A stretch of 11,813 nt of DNA from Octopus sinensis. Its lineage: Eukaryota. A program made the translations under genes and the position numbers. The stretch's first letter is position 1. Each line of letters begins with the position of its first letter. Below the pieces are notes generated by a model. The model searched no databases. It worked only from the letters and a program-made list of their open reading frames with translations, and was not told where the DNA came from. The DNA lies in contig NW_021826885.1 of assembly GCF_006345805.1 (NCBI RefSeq), forward strand, positions 1-11,813, written 5' to 3'. Shown here one piece after another: positions 1-8,626 of the stretch.

Positions 1-240
1 CTCAGGGACAGCAAGGATAATCAGGAGAGTTCTAAGCCTGTGAAAGACTGCTGAAAACTTGTGGATAACCCAAGGTTACGGGTATTAACCCGCTACCCAA
101 ATAAATCCTCTCAAGAATAGGACCGAAGCCTGAGGCAAACCAAAATAATTTATGACGATAATGATGATGATGTAAACTGAGGATGATTATCAATATTATG
201 GGTGCAATCATTATTATCAAGATGACTACGATGACTACGA
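1..240 (+). mobile_element. 3' end of an R4/Dong-like (RLE-type) non-LTR retrotransposon: ORF C-terminus, 3' UTR and trinucleotide tail
   Basis: 2-43 translates SGTARIIRRVLSL*, matching the 'LGTARILRKVL' C-terminus typical of R4-clade ORFs. It is followed by ~110 nt of UTR with two small hairpins (66-78, 79-92) and a (TGA/TAA)-type repeat tail from ~150. Only 13 aa are visible. Confidence 0.65.
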
Positions 241-352
241 TGACAAGGACCCCACTCCATCCTCTTCCTCCTCCTCCTCCTCATCATCATCATCACCACC
301 ATCATCATCATCATCGTCGTCGTCGTTCATTATTATCATCATCATTATCGTC
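150..352. repeat. Compound trinucleotide low-complexity tract (TGA, CCT, CAT, CGT)
   Basis: Directly visible repeats. Confidence 0.9.
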
Positions 353-734
353 GCCATGAAGTTCCTAACCACGAAAGGCTCAATGTGATTACTCGACCAG
401 CGAGGAATAACAGATCACAGCCCACCGCCTTCAAAATATGACAAAGGACACATTCGATGATGTACTCCAAGAAGTGCTTTGTCTGAAAAATAATAGGACA
501 GTCTTGGATGGATCGACTTAAATAAACATACCTCGGCTCTGTTAAGGTGGACGTAGGGCAAAGAAACATCAGAATCGCCTCCAATAACCCTTGTCATTTC
601 TACCTCCCTAATCATATTTGTCACCACTGCGACTGTTATTGCTTTCATCCTTCTGCGCGCGCGTGCGTATGTGTGTGTGTGTGATTATACATTTAATTAA
701 TTGTGGGCTACACAACCTGTATCGTAGATAATAA

Positions 735-933
735 TGGTTTCAAATTTTGGTACAAGGTCAGCCATTTTAGTAGATGTGGGGTAACTAGTCAAAGTACATT
801 GGACATTGGACACCGAAAGGATGAAAGGTAAAGTTGATCCCGGCGGGATTTGAAATCAGAATGTAAAGAGCTGGAAAAATTGTTACGCAACATTGTGTCC
901 GGCACGCTGACGATTCTGCCATCTCACCGGCTT
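735..933 (-). mobile_element. tRNA-derived SINE family A, copy 1 (diverged)
   Basis: Reverse strand reads GGTGAGATGGCAGAATCGTCAGCG...TTCTGATTTCAAATCCCGCCGGGATCAACTTTACCTTTCATCCTTTCGG (A/B-box-like head plus conserved core). Homologous to the two following copies. Confidence 0.8.
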
Positions 934-964
934 TTATTTCAGTGGATAAGGATTTTTGTATAGC

Positions 965-1147
965 GTAGCCTCTAGGCTTGAAGAGGCAAGGTGATTACAT
1001 CAACTCCAGTAACTGAATTGGTACTCGTTTTATCGAACCCAAAAGGGTGAAAGGCAAAGTTTGACCTTACTGGGATTTGAACACAGGATGGAGAAGAAAA
1101 TGATGCTATCATTTTGTTGGCAGCGCTAACGGCCAGCTCACAGCCTT
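965..1147 (-). mobile_element. tRNA-derived SINE family A, copy 2
   Basis: Shares TGGTACT...TTTTATCGA...AAAGG.TGAAAGGCAAAGTT..GGGATTTGAAC with copies 1 and 3. Confidence 0.75.
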
Positions 1148-1177
1148 CATTTCAGGAGATAATTTTATTGTTTGTAC

Positions 1178-1409
1178 TATGGCCACTAGGCCTGAAATTT
1201 TGCGGGGAGAGGTTAGTCGATTACAATGAGTCCATAGCTCGACTGGTACTTATTTCATCGGCCTCTAAAGGATTAAAAGCAAAGCTTGATCTCAGAGAGA
1301 TTTGAACTCAGAATGTAAAATGCTGGAAAACAAGAAAACAAACAAAAAAATGAAAAGGCTGCTAAGCATATTGCCCAGCATGCTAACAATGCTGCCATCT
1401 CACATTCTT
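1178..1409 (-). mobile_element. tRNA-derived SINE family A, copy 3
   Basis: CTGGTACTTATTTCATCG...AAAGGATTAAAAGCAAAG...GATTTGAACTCAGAATGTAAA...CTGCCATCTCAC aligns with copy 1. Confidence 0.75.
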
Positions 1410-1451
1410 CATTTTAGTAGATAATAAATAAGCCAAATCGATTGAAATTGT

Positions 1452-1493
1452 CTCAGACTGTGGTTTCATATGCTGCCACGATCATCAGTGGAG
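1452..1493 (-). ncRNA. Minimal type-I hammerhead ribozyme remnant (Penelope-like pseudo-LTR type)
   Basis: Minus strand reads CTCCA-CTGATGA-TCGTGGCAGCATAT-GAAAC-CACA-GTC-TGAG. All core boxes are in order; stems I and II are imperfect. A TATAAATA lies ~30 nt upstream (~1523-1530, -). Confidence 0.6.
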
Positions 1494-1877
1494 CGAATAG
1501 GAAATGTTAATGGTGTCACTGGTATTTATAGTGGTTTGCGACTTCGTGCACGGATTATCTTTTTTTTTCTTCTGTTAAACCGATGAGACGAAGTTACGAC
1601 TGACTGCAAAATAAATAATCGAAAAGTGTACTTAAAAATTCTCTGGTAGAACATAACTGTTAATAATTAACATTTTAAAGTGCTCTATTTTAGCTATAAA
1701 GTCTGAAGCAACTTTAATACATAAGTTGATTTAGTATCTGCTAATACATATTCGGTAGTTCTGCAGTATATTTTATATATAACTGCGCAGCTATTTGAAG
1801 CAGTCTATTGTTTCCTGTTTATATTATTGCAGTATATAGTACCTTGTGACAAAATCATTTATATATCAGAAGTGTAA

Positions 1878-2024
1878 GGTGTATGTGTGTCTGTATGTGC
1901 GTGACTGCGTACGTGTGCGCGCACGCGTGTTTTATGCATATACATATATTTATATATACATACATATACATGTATGTATATCTAACTCTTTCTTTCTTTC
2001 TTTGTCTATCTATCTATTTATCTA

Positions 2025-2110
<86 letters not shown>

Positions 2111-2152
2111 CAGAGAGAGAGAGAGAGAGAAAGAGAGTGAGAGAGAGAAAGA
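1878..2152. repeat. Compound microsatellite (TG, TA, TCTA, TCTG, TC, TA, GA)
   Basis: Directly visible; explains ORFs 1846..2178 and 1883..2140. Confidence 0.95.
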
Positions 2153-2229
2153 GATGCTTCTCCTTAATTTATCTTTGATGAATGTAAACTTGACGGTGTC
2201 CAATGATCACTGAAGTGTTTCGACCTTGA

Positions 2230-2720
2230 GCCATAACATCCTCCTCGTGCGCAAGGTTAGATCTGGCAACCAAATCATTGTCCATCTTCAGTTACTGGCT
2301 TCCATCTTAGCTTCCCTTCCTTCCTCTCTCACCATAAGGAATCATTTCTGCTGCCTTTCCCATCCGGCATTCTGCAGTCTTTCTCACCTTTGATGATATT
2401 GCAATGACTATGAGTGAACAGGAGATCCTCTATGGCCAACATAATTTGAGATTAGTCATGTCTGTTACCTTTCCTTCTCGCAATTTTGCATAAAACCCTC
2501 CTATTTGAATGGAATTCTTCCACTGGAATCTTCAACGGCAATCTAGTACCGAAAGCAGTATAACTTTGAATCAGGATGGTCTTCTTCATCTTCTCCAGCC
2601 AGAGAATCAAATCTGACTACCTCAGGGTTGTCAATATCTGAGAAATGCCAACCTTCGTCCTAACCGCATATCCATTGACTGATTCATTTGCAGTGGATTG
2701 TTTTCCTTAGAGCTGATGGT
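2230..2720 (-). pseudogene. Highly decayed RTE-clade LINE, C-terminal part of the ORF
   Basis: Minus-strand fragments in shifting frames and in the expected order: MDMRLGRRLAFLRY; EKMKKTI...RLPLKIPVEEFHSNRRVLCKI (cf. RRMLKISW..KITNEEVLRRI); NYVGH; NIIKGEKDCRMPDGKRQQK (cf. IIEGKI.GKR.RGR.R.W); LVARSNLAHEED. Many stops and frameshifts. Confidence 0.5.
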
Positions 2721-2922
2721 TTATATTTCTTCCTCACAGATGCTGTTAGTTTTCCTTATGTTCCACGCTTCTTTCGTCTTTCCTTTTCTATGTTTTAACG
2801 AATCTCATTAGCAACTTATGATGCTGCCATCTGCGTCTTCCTTATGCGAGTGCTATTTTACACACCGTTATTGTGGTCTGTAAGGTGCCTCTCTTTCAAC
2901 AAAATCTACACTGGTGGTCTTC

Positions 2923-3028
2923 CTTCTCACCCTACCTGTGCATGCAAAGAGATGTAGCAAAGTTCGAGATTCTGTGTCTTCTCACCTTATCTGTGCGTAG
3001 AAAGAGATGTAGAAAAATTCGAGATTCT
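2923..3028. repeat. Two-copy tandem repeat, 55-bp period
   Basis: CTTCTCACC.TA.CTGTGC....AAAGAGATGTAG.AAA.TTCGAGATTCT starts at 2923 and again at 2978. Confidence 0.9.
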
Positions 3029-3360
3029 CTCCTGGAGAGGTCTATTTGGTCCTGCGACTGATCACAGACACAAATCCACTGCAACCGTTTGAAAGTTTGT
3101 TAATGGCCTTTTCTTAAAAGCTTCGTTTTCTCCCTTTTCTTTTTGCTCCTCTCCTTCTTTATTCTCTTCTTTCTTTTGAACGCGGGGGTTTATAGGCCTC
3201 TTGCATTCAGATTTATTGACATTAACCTCATAATATCGATCTTTATTCGATCGTCTTTAATCATTTTCAGTTTCCATTCTTATTGTTTTAATGTTCATAT
3301 TGTTAAGACCCATTGTTGGATAGAATCGCTTTTGGTATGATGTTTCCATACACCACAATT

Positions 3361-3560
3361 AAGACGACGAATTGGCGGAGTCGTTAAAGTGTTGAATGCA
3401 ATGTCTAGCCGTTTTGGTTCCGACATTCTGCAGAAGTCAATTTTATCTATTATCTTTTCAGGGCCGATCAAAAAAGTACCAATCTCGGGAAGTATGTTAG
3501 TGAAACTATTATAGAGTCGGGTAAGATGCTTCGTGGTATCTGTTCCAGCTCATAGCTTCT
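3361..3560 (+). mobile_element. Degenerate SINE family A fragments
   Basis: AAGACGACGAATTGGCGGAGTCGTTA...CTTTTCAGGGCCGATCAAAAAAGTACCA resembles the reverse complement of 735-1409. A second head-like piece lies at ~3500-3560. Confidence 0.5.
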
Positions 3561-3718
3561 GACAACAACGCCTGCTATTACAGTAACGCCAAGTTGCATC
3601 GGCCAAAGACTTTGATAAACGGCAATGGACTGGAAAAATACTTGCATAAAAATTTCTGACTTATATCTGCACATACATGCACAGACACATAGTCAGCACA
3701 GGCTCTTCAAATCTAGTA

Positions 3719-3719
<1 letters not shown>

Positions 3720-3750
<31 letters not shown>
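3720..3750. repeat. (TG)n microsatellite
   Basis: Directly visible. Confidence 0.95.
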
Positions 3751-3753
<3 letters not shown>

Positions 3754-3809
3754 GTATAGACCCTGCAGAAAGAATTATATATTGACCCTTCATATAGAAT
3801 AATATATAG

Positions 3810-4032
3810 ATCTTGTTATATTTCGAGACGGTAATCTTTTTCTTTTTTTTTTTCTTTTTGCCAAATAACCACACGCTCTATATACTCGTTCTTCATTTCA
3901 GCTTTATTATTATTGTTATTTTAGTGCCCTTTGCCTAAAATAAGAAAAATGATAAAGCTGAAGTGAAGAACGAGTAAATAGTGCGTGTGGTTGGCAAAAA
4001 AAAAAAATGACCGTCCCGAAATATAACAATAT
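3810..4032. mobile_element. Fold-back (MITE-like) element, imperfect palindrome over its full length
   Basis: TTGTTATATTTCGAGACGG...GCCAA..CCACACGCTCTATATACTCGTTCTTCATTTCAGCTTTA..TTATTTTAG pairs with CTAAAATAA..TAAAGCTGAAGTGAAGAACGAGTAAATAGTGCGTGTGGTTGGC...CCGTCCCGAAATATAACAA around a ~10-nt loop (3925-3934). Confidence 0.8.
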
Positions 4033-4312
4033 TTGCTTCAAAACACGATTTCACATCAGGAATCTTGCTAAACAAATACATAAACGTAATATAGAGACAA
4101 TTCATATACAATAATATATACATGTAGTCCCTTTACATGTAGTAATTCCATTTTTATCTAATAATTATCACTTTCACTACACCGTTTGAGCGAACAGAAA
4201 CAGCTTATATTTAAAACTATCTTTCGAGAATAGAAAAGTGAAGGGCCCCAAAATGGGGCGGTGAATGACAACAATAATATGTTAGATTTTACAAACAAAT
4301 AATTAATATTGT

Positions 4313-4500
4313 AGACGTGCATGGCTTAGTGGTTAGGGTATTGGACTCGTGATCGTAAGATTGGGGTTTCGAAACCTGGACCGGGTGATGCGTTATGTTC
4401 TTGAGCAAGACGCTTCATTTCACCATGCTCCAATCCACTTTGCTGCTAAAAGTGCGTAATTCTGCGACAGACCAGAGAAACTGGGAAACCGGCCCTATGC
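4313..4500 (+). mobile_element. tRNA-derived SINE family B
   Basis: A box TGGCTTAGTGG, B-box-like GTTTCGAAACC, then CORE-like TGTTCTTGAGCAAGACGCTTCATTTCAC. A related inverted copy lies at ~5800-5945. Confidence 0.75.
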
Positions 4501-4658
4501 ACCTTACGAAATAATGCGAACTGACCAAATAAAAAATGTAAAAAAATCAAAACTGAAATTAACGAACGGCAATCAAGCGATTACTGATGTCCTGGGGTTA
4601 AAATCAGTCTAAATCAATACAACAAGTCCATAAGTCCCTGAATTCCACTTAAAACAAA

Positions 4659-5093
4659 GGATCTTTTCGGTTTGAACGGCAGTTTTTTCTAGCGGTGTCA
4701 TATGAAATTGTCATCCATAATTATGACCCTAGTATCGATCTATTGCATTTCAATCTGTTTTAGGGTTAGGGTTAGGGTTAGGGTTAGGGTTGGGTGTGGG
4801 GGGAAAGGTATCTTTTTTTTTTTCACAAATGTAAATAAACCCAATCTGTTTCTTAAACGAGGGACATCTTCATACGGCACAATGTTTTTTACCTCAATGG
4901 ACGTCAGTGATTGGTTGAAATTGCAGAAATTGAAGAAAAAAAACAACAAATATCTTACAAACTATAGAATTTTCTCAATAAAGACAAGAGAAAAAGATGT
5001 TTTATAAACACATTCTACCAGTATACGAAGTTTAAAAGTGTTTAGTTACGTGGAAAATAGTTTAAAAAACTGCCGTTCAAACCGAAAAGATCC
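4659..5093. mobile_element. Non-autonomous DNA transposon (MITE), 435 bp, with 30-bp perfect TIRs and an 8-bp TSD
   Basis: TIR GGATCTTTTCGGTTTGAACGGCAGTTTTTT at 4659-4688 and its exact reverse complement at 5064-5093. AAAACAAA flanks both sides (4651-4658, 5094-5101). Confidence 0.93.
4760..4789 (+). repeat. (TTAGGG)5 interstitial telomeric repeat inside the MITE
   Basis: Five exact TTAGGG units followed by TTGGGTGTGGGGGG. Confidence 0.95.
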
Positions 5094-5330
5094 AAAACAA
5101 AATTAAAAAGAAAAAGGAAATAAATCCTACAAAAACTGGTATTTGACAAACGTTCAAACAGTTACAAGGGGACTGTATCTGTGACCAGATCGCATATGTA
5201 AAACGAAAAAGTCAACACTACGTGAAATATGATGTTAGTCTCGTAGTGTCTCGTAGTCAGAGAAAGGCGGTCCTGCAATTTCTTGCCGAAAAACCTGTAC
5301 GAATGAGTTGTTCATTTAGTGAGCTAAAGT

Positions 5331-5576
5331 AAGCGCAAGCGTGATGGTGCGGTAAGAAGATTGCTTCTCAAACCACATGGTCCCGGGTTCAGTCTCACTG
5401 CGTTACACCTTGTAAAAATGTCTTCTACTATAGCTCCTGACCGACCAAAAGCTTCGTGTTTGGATTAGGTAGACGGAAACTGAAAGAAGCCCGTGGTATA
5501 CACACACACAGACATGTGTGGCTATGTATGTATGTATGTATGTATGTATGTATGTATGTATGTATGTATGTATGTA

Positions 5577-5611
<35 letters not shown>

Positions 5612-5708
5612 CTGTCCCCCACCACCGCTTGTTGGCGTGTTTACATCCTCATCACTTAGCGGTTCAGCAAGACAGACGGGTACACTAAATGCCAGACTTA
5701 TAAAAAAA
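5331..5708 (+). mobile_element. SINE family C with internal (TATG)n(TG)n microsatellite
   Basis: Head ..GGTAAGAAG.TTGCTT..AACCACATGGTCCCGGGTTCAGTC.CACTGCG..TGTCTTCTACTATAGC..GGTAGACGGAAACTGAAAGAAGCCCGT, microsatellite at 5523-5610, then a 3' part. Homologous inverted copies at 6065-6229, 6243-6450 and 6947-7089. Confidence 0.8.
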
Positions 5709-5799
5709 TTACTGAACCAAACAAAAGATAAAAATGTATGCAGCGAACGTTAGCTTCCTCCCTCCCTCCATCGAACTGACGTTGCCCGAATAGGCGCAC

Positions 5800-5945
5800 G
5801 GCGTATCACTCGTCAGGTGTCAAGTTCGATCGCAGAGCAACGCGAGATGTAAGTAACTTGCTCAAGAACACAACGCACCACCCGCTCGAGAAATTGAAAC
5901 CACGACTTCGTATTCGTGAGCGCGACACCTTGACCAATAAATGGC
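5800..5945 (-). mobile_element. SINE family B-related copy
   Basis: Reverse strand GTGGTTTCAATTTCTCGAGCGGGTGGTGCGTTGTGTTCTTGAGCAAGTTACTTAC matches 4370-4420. Confidence 0.65.
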
Positions 5946-6064
5946 TAAGAAGGGTTCTTCTGCAATCTACATCAGTTTCATCACACGGTCTCAGCTCAAG
6001 TCACCTCCAATATACAAACGTAGACATATACACACACATACACACACGCACGCACACATATATA

Positions 6065-6229
6065 CACGACAGTCTTCTTTCAGTTTCAATCTCTCAGATT
6101 CACTCACGAGGGTTTGGTTGGCTCGAGGCCAAGGTAGAAGACGGTTGTGCAAGGTGCCAAGCAGCGGGACTGAACCCGGAACCACATGGTTGAGAGTAAA
6201 TCTTTAACGATTCACCCATGCCTGTGCCT
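6065..6229 (-). mobile_element. SINE family C, 5' part
   Basis: CTTCTTTCAGTTTC...GTAGAAGAC...CAAGGTGCCA.GCAG.GGGACTGAACCCGGAACCACATGGTTG is the reverse complement of 5331-5495. Confidence 0.8.
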
Positions 6230-6242
6230 AACATATATATAT

Positions 6243-6450
6243 TCTTTTATTCTTTTATATCTGTTTCAGTCATTTGATTGCACCATGCTGGAGCACCGCT
6301 TTAAAGGGTTTTTTAGTCGAAGAAATCGACCCCCAGGACTTATTCTATCGGTCTCTTTTACCGAACAGCAAGTACAGGGTCATAGATTCACAAACCTCGG
6401 TTGTTTGCTAATGATGGGGAGGACAAACACAGAGACAAAGACACACAAAC
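6243..6450 (-). mobile_element. SINE family C, 3' part
   Basis: TCGGTCTCTTTTACCGAAC.GC.AAGT...GGGGAGGACAAACACA resembles the reverse complement of 5605-5690; A-rich tail on the minus strand at 6243-6256. Confidence 0.6.
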
Positions 6451-6469
6451 ATAAATACATGCATGCATA

Positions 6470-6740
6470 CATATTGCTTGAAATACGGAGTAGAAAACGG
6501 CCGACAACTGAGGATGGGTCGTTCTTCAGGTTGCTTGTCTTGTCTTCCATTTGTTTTTTTCGTTGTTTGCAAAAACAATCTTCATATTCCATGTTTTCGT
6601 ATTTCATATATATGCATATATACATACATATATGCACATACTTTTATATGTATATACATATGTATATATGGGTACAGGACGTCATAGAAAATAAACAATA
6701 TGAAATACGTAAACATGGAATATGAATATTGCTTTTGCAA
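6470..6740. repeat. 43-bp inverted repeat around a TA-rich spacer; possible Penelope-like remnant
   Basis: 6567-6609 versus 6698-6740: 40/43 complementary. The element identity is inference. Confidence 0.6.
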
Positions 6741-6817
6741 TATATATATTATTTATATTATTATATATATACATTATTATAGGATTGAACACCAAGCATC
6801 TATTTCCAAGTAAGTTT

Positions 6818-6848
<31 letters not shown>

Positions 6849-6874
6849 CTACACACACACACGCGCGCGCACGC

Positions 6875-6905
<31 letters not shown>

Positions 6906-6946
6906 TACACACACACACACGACGAGGTTCTTAATAAATACACATA

Positions 6947-7089
6947 TACGACGGAGTTGTTCAGTTTCCGTTTACCAAATCACAGGGCTTTGGGTGTCCT
7001 TTAGCATAGTCCAGGGCCATAGTAGAAGACTGACCCAGAAACATCTGGCTAGGAAGCAAGCTTCTTACCACACAACCACGCCTGCGCCT
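6947..7089 (-). mobile_element. SINE family C, 5' part with internal deletion
   Basis: TTCAGTTTCCGTTTACCAAATC...ATAGTAGAAGAC...GGAAGCAAGCTTCTTACCACACAACCACGCCTGCGCCT. Confidence 0.75.
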
Positions 7090-7110
7090 ATATATATTAT
7101 ATATATATAG

Positions 7111-7195
<85 letters not shown>

Positions 7196-7260
7196 AATAT
7201 ATATATATATATAATATATAATATATATATATATATTATATATAATATATATATATATAT
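7089..7260. repeat. (TA)n tract
   Basis: Directly visible. Confidence 0.95.
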
Positions 7261-7525
7261 GGAGGTGCAATGGTTAGGGCAGCGGACTAGCGTTTCGATT
7301 CCCAGACCGGCGTTGTGAGTGTTTATTGAGCGAAAACACCTAAAAAGCTCCACGAGGCTCCGGCAGAGGGGGGGTGTGATCCCTGCTGTACTCTTTCACC
7401 ACTCTTTCTTCTGTTGGCCTGCTCGCTTAGCCGGCGGGGTGGCGTCATTCGAAGGCTAAAACAATGCGAACGCATTGTGACCAGCGATGTGTAACTACAT
7501 CTGAAGGACTGGTCGGTCACGTGAT

Positions 7526-7532
<7 letters not shown>
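7261..7532 (+). mobile_element. SINE family D embedded in (TA)n
   Basis: GC-rich 272-bp block with a tRNA-like head (TGGTTAGGGCAGCGGACT..GTTTCGATTCCC), ending TCACGTGATCACGTGA, flanked on both sides by (TA)n. Confidence 0.7.
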
Positions 7533-7567
<35 letters not shown>

Positions 7568-7849
7568 ATGTATATGTATATATATGCTTGTGTGTGTGTG
7601 TGTGCTTGCTTGCTTGCGCGTGCGTGTGTGTGTGTGTTCTAGGGGTAGTTCTTGAAAACAAGAAATAAAAAAGTGATGGGCATGGCTGGCTGGCTGACTG
7701 ACCAGCGTGCATTTAGTGTTAGGTCTTCCTAATCAGGACAGACCATTCTTCTTAACAATAACCTTTCCTCTTTGTATCACCACCTTCGTCTACACCTACG
7801 CTTATTATTATCTAACACCCATAATGGCAGCCATACTGCTCAATCTTAT

Positions 7850-7948
7850 AATCACAACCACCACCACCACCAACACTGCCCTCACCACCACTTCAACAAC
7901 GACCAACACCACCACTAGCACTCCATCACCATCAGCGGCAGCAGCAAA
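7850..7948. repeat. Degenerate (ACC)n/(GCA)n tract
   Basis: Directly visible. Confidence 0.85.
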
Positions 7949-7990
7949 CATCTAATTGCATCTTTATCCTCATCTATCTGTCTCGTACAG

Positions 7991-8115
7991 CGAAATTCAG
8001 CTGCTTCCTACAGTCAGACTCAGCCACTGCCACACCACACGTCACAAACCGTTCTCATTCCACCACGTATTGCCCCAACTTAATGATTATGTTTCCTGTC
8101 TGTTGCAGATACTCG
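7991..8115 (+). other. Candidate 125-nt host exon
   Basis: Branch-like CTAAT (~7952), pyrimidine tract and CAG at 7988-7990; donor CG|GTAAGA at 8116; unique sequence between microsatellites; two frames open. No recognisable protein. Confidence 0.3.
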
Positions 8116-8139
8116 GTAAGAGACAAATATATCTGGATA

Positions 8140-8521
8140 TATGTATGTAGGTAGGTAGGCAGGTAGGTAGGTAGGTAGGTAGGTAGGTAGGTAGGTAGAT
8201 ATGTATGTGTGTGCATGCATACATGTATGTATGCTTCTATATAGGTTTATGCTTGTGCATAGATGTACACACACATACATATATATAAGTACATATATCT
8301 GTATGTATGTATGTATATTATTTGCACGTATGCACATGTATCTATAAATACTTATGTTTCTATATATATGTTTGTGAGCGTGTGTATGTGTGTGTGCGTG
8401 TGCATATATATTTATTTTCAAATATCTATATACCTAGATACATACATATATATACATATATGTACATATACATACATATACATATATATACACACATTAT
8501 ATATATATATGTATATATACG

Positions 8522-8561
<40 letters not shown>

Positions 8562-8626
8562 TATGCATACACACACACATATATATATTATATATTACAC
8601 TTATATATATATATATATATATATAT
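8140..8626. repeat. (TAGG)n followed by degenerate (TA)/(CA)/(TG) low-complexity tract
   Basis: Directly visible; explains ORFs at 8080-8648. Confidence 0.95.

Noticed and set aside
345-690. ORFs 345..584 and 415..648, and a hydrophobic + strand stretch ITLVISTSLIIFVTTATVIAFILL
   Set aside because: No recognisable domain, start or splice context; more likely an old interspersed repeat plus decayed trinucleotide sequence.
2923-3028. CRISPR-like repeat
   Set aside because: Only two adjacent diverged units, no spacers, eukaryotic context.
4313-4385. tRNA gene
   Set aside because: Has A/B boxes but no complete cloverleaf or acceptor stem, and continues into a SINE body.
4760-4789. True telomere or chromosome end
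   Set aside because: Only five units, enclosed by TIRs and a TSD.
4702-5007. 101-aa ATG-initiated ORF inside the MITE
   Set aside because: RVRVRV comes from TTAGGG; no transposase motifs.
6186-6725. Longest ORF in the track (179 aa)
   Set aside because: Crosses SINE fragments, microsatellite and an inverted repeat; chance open frame.
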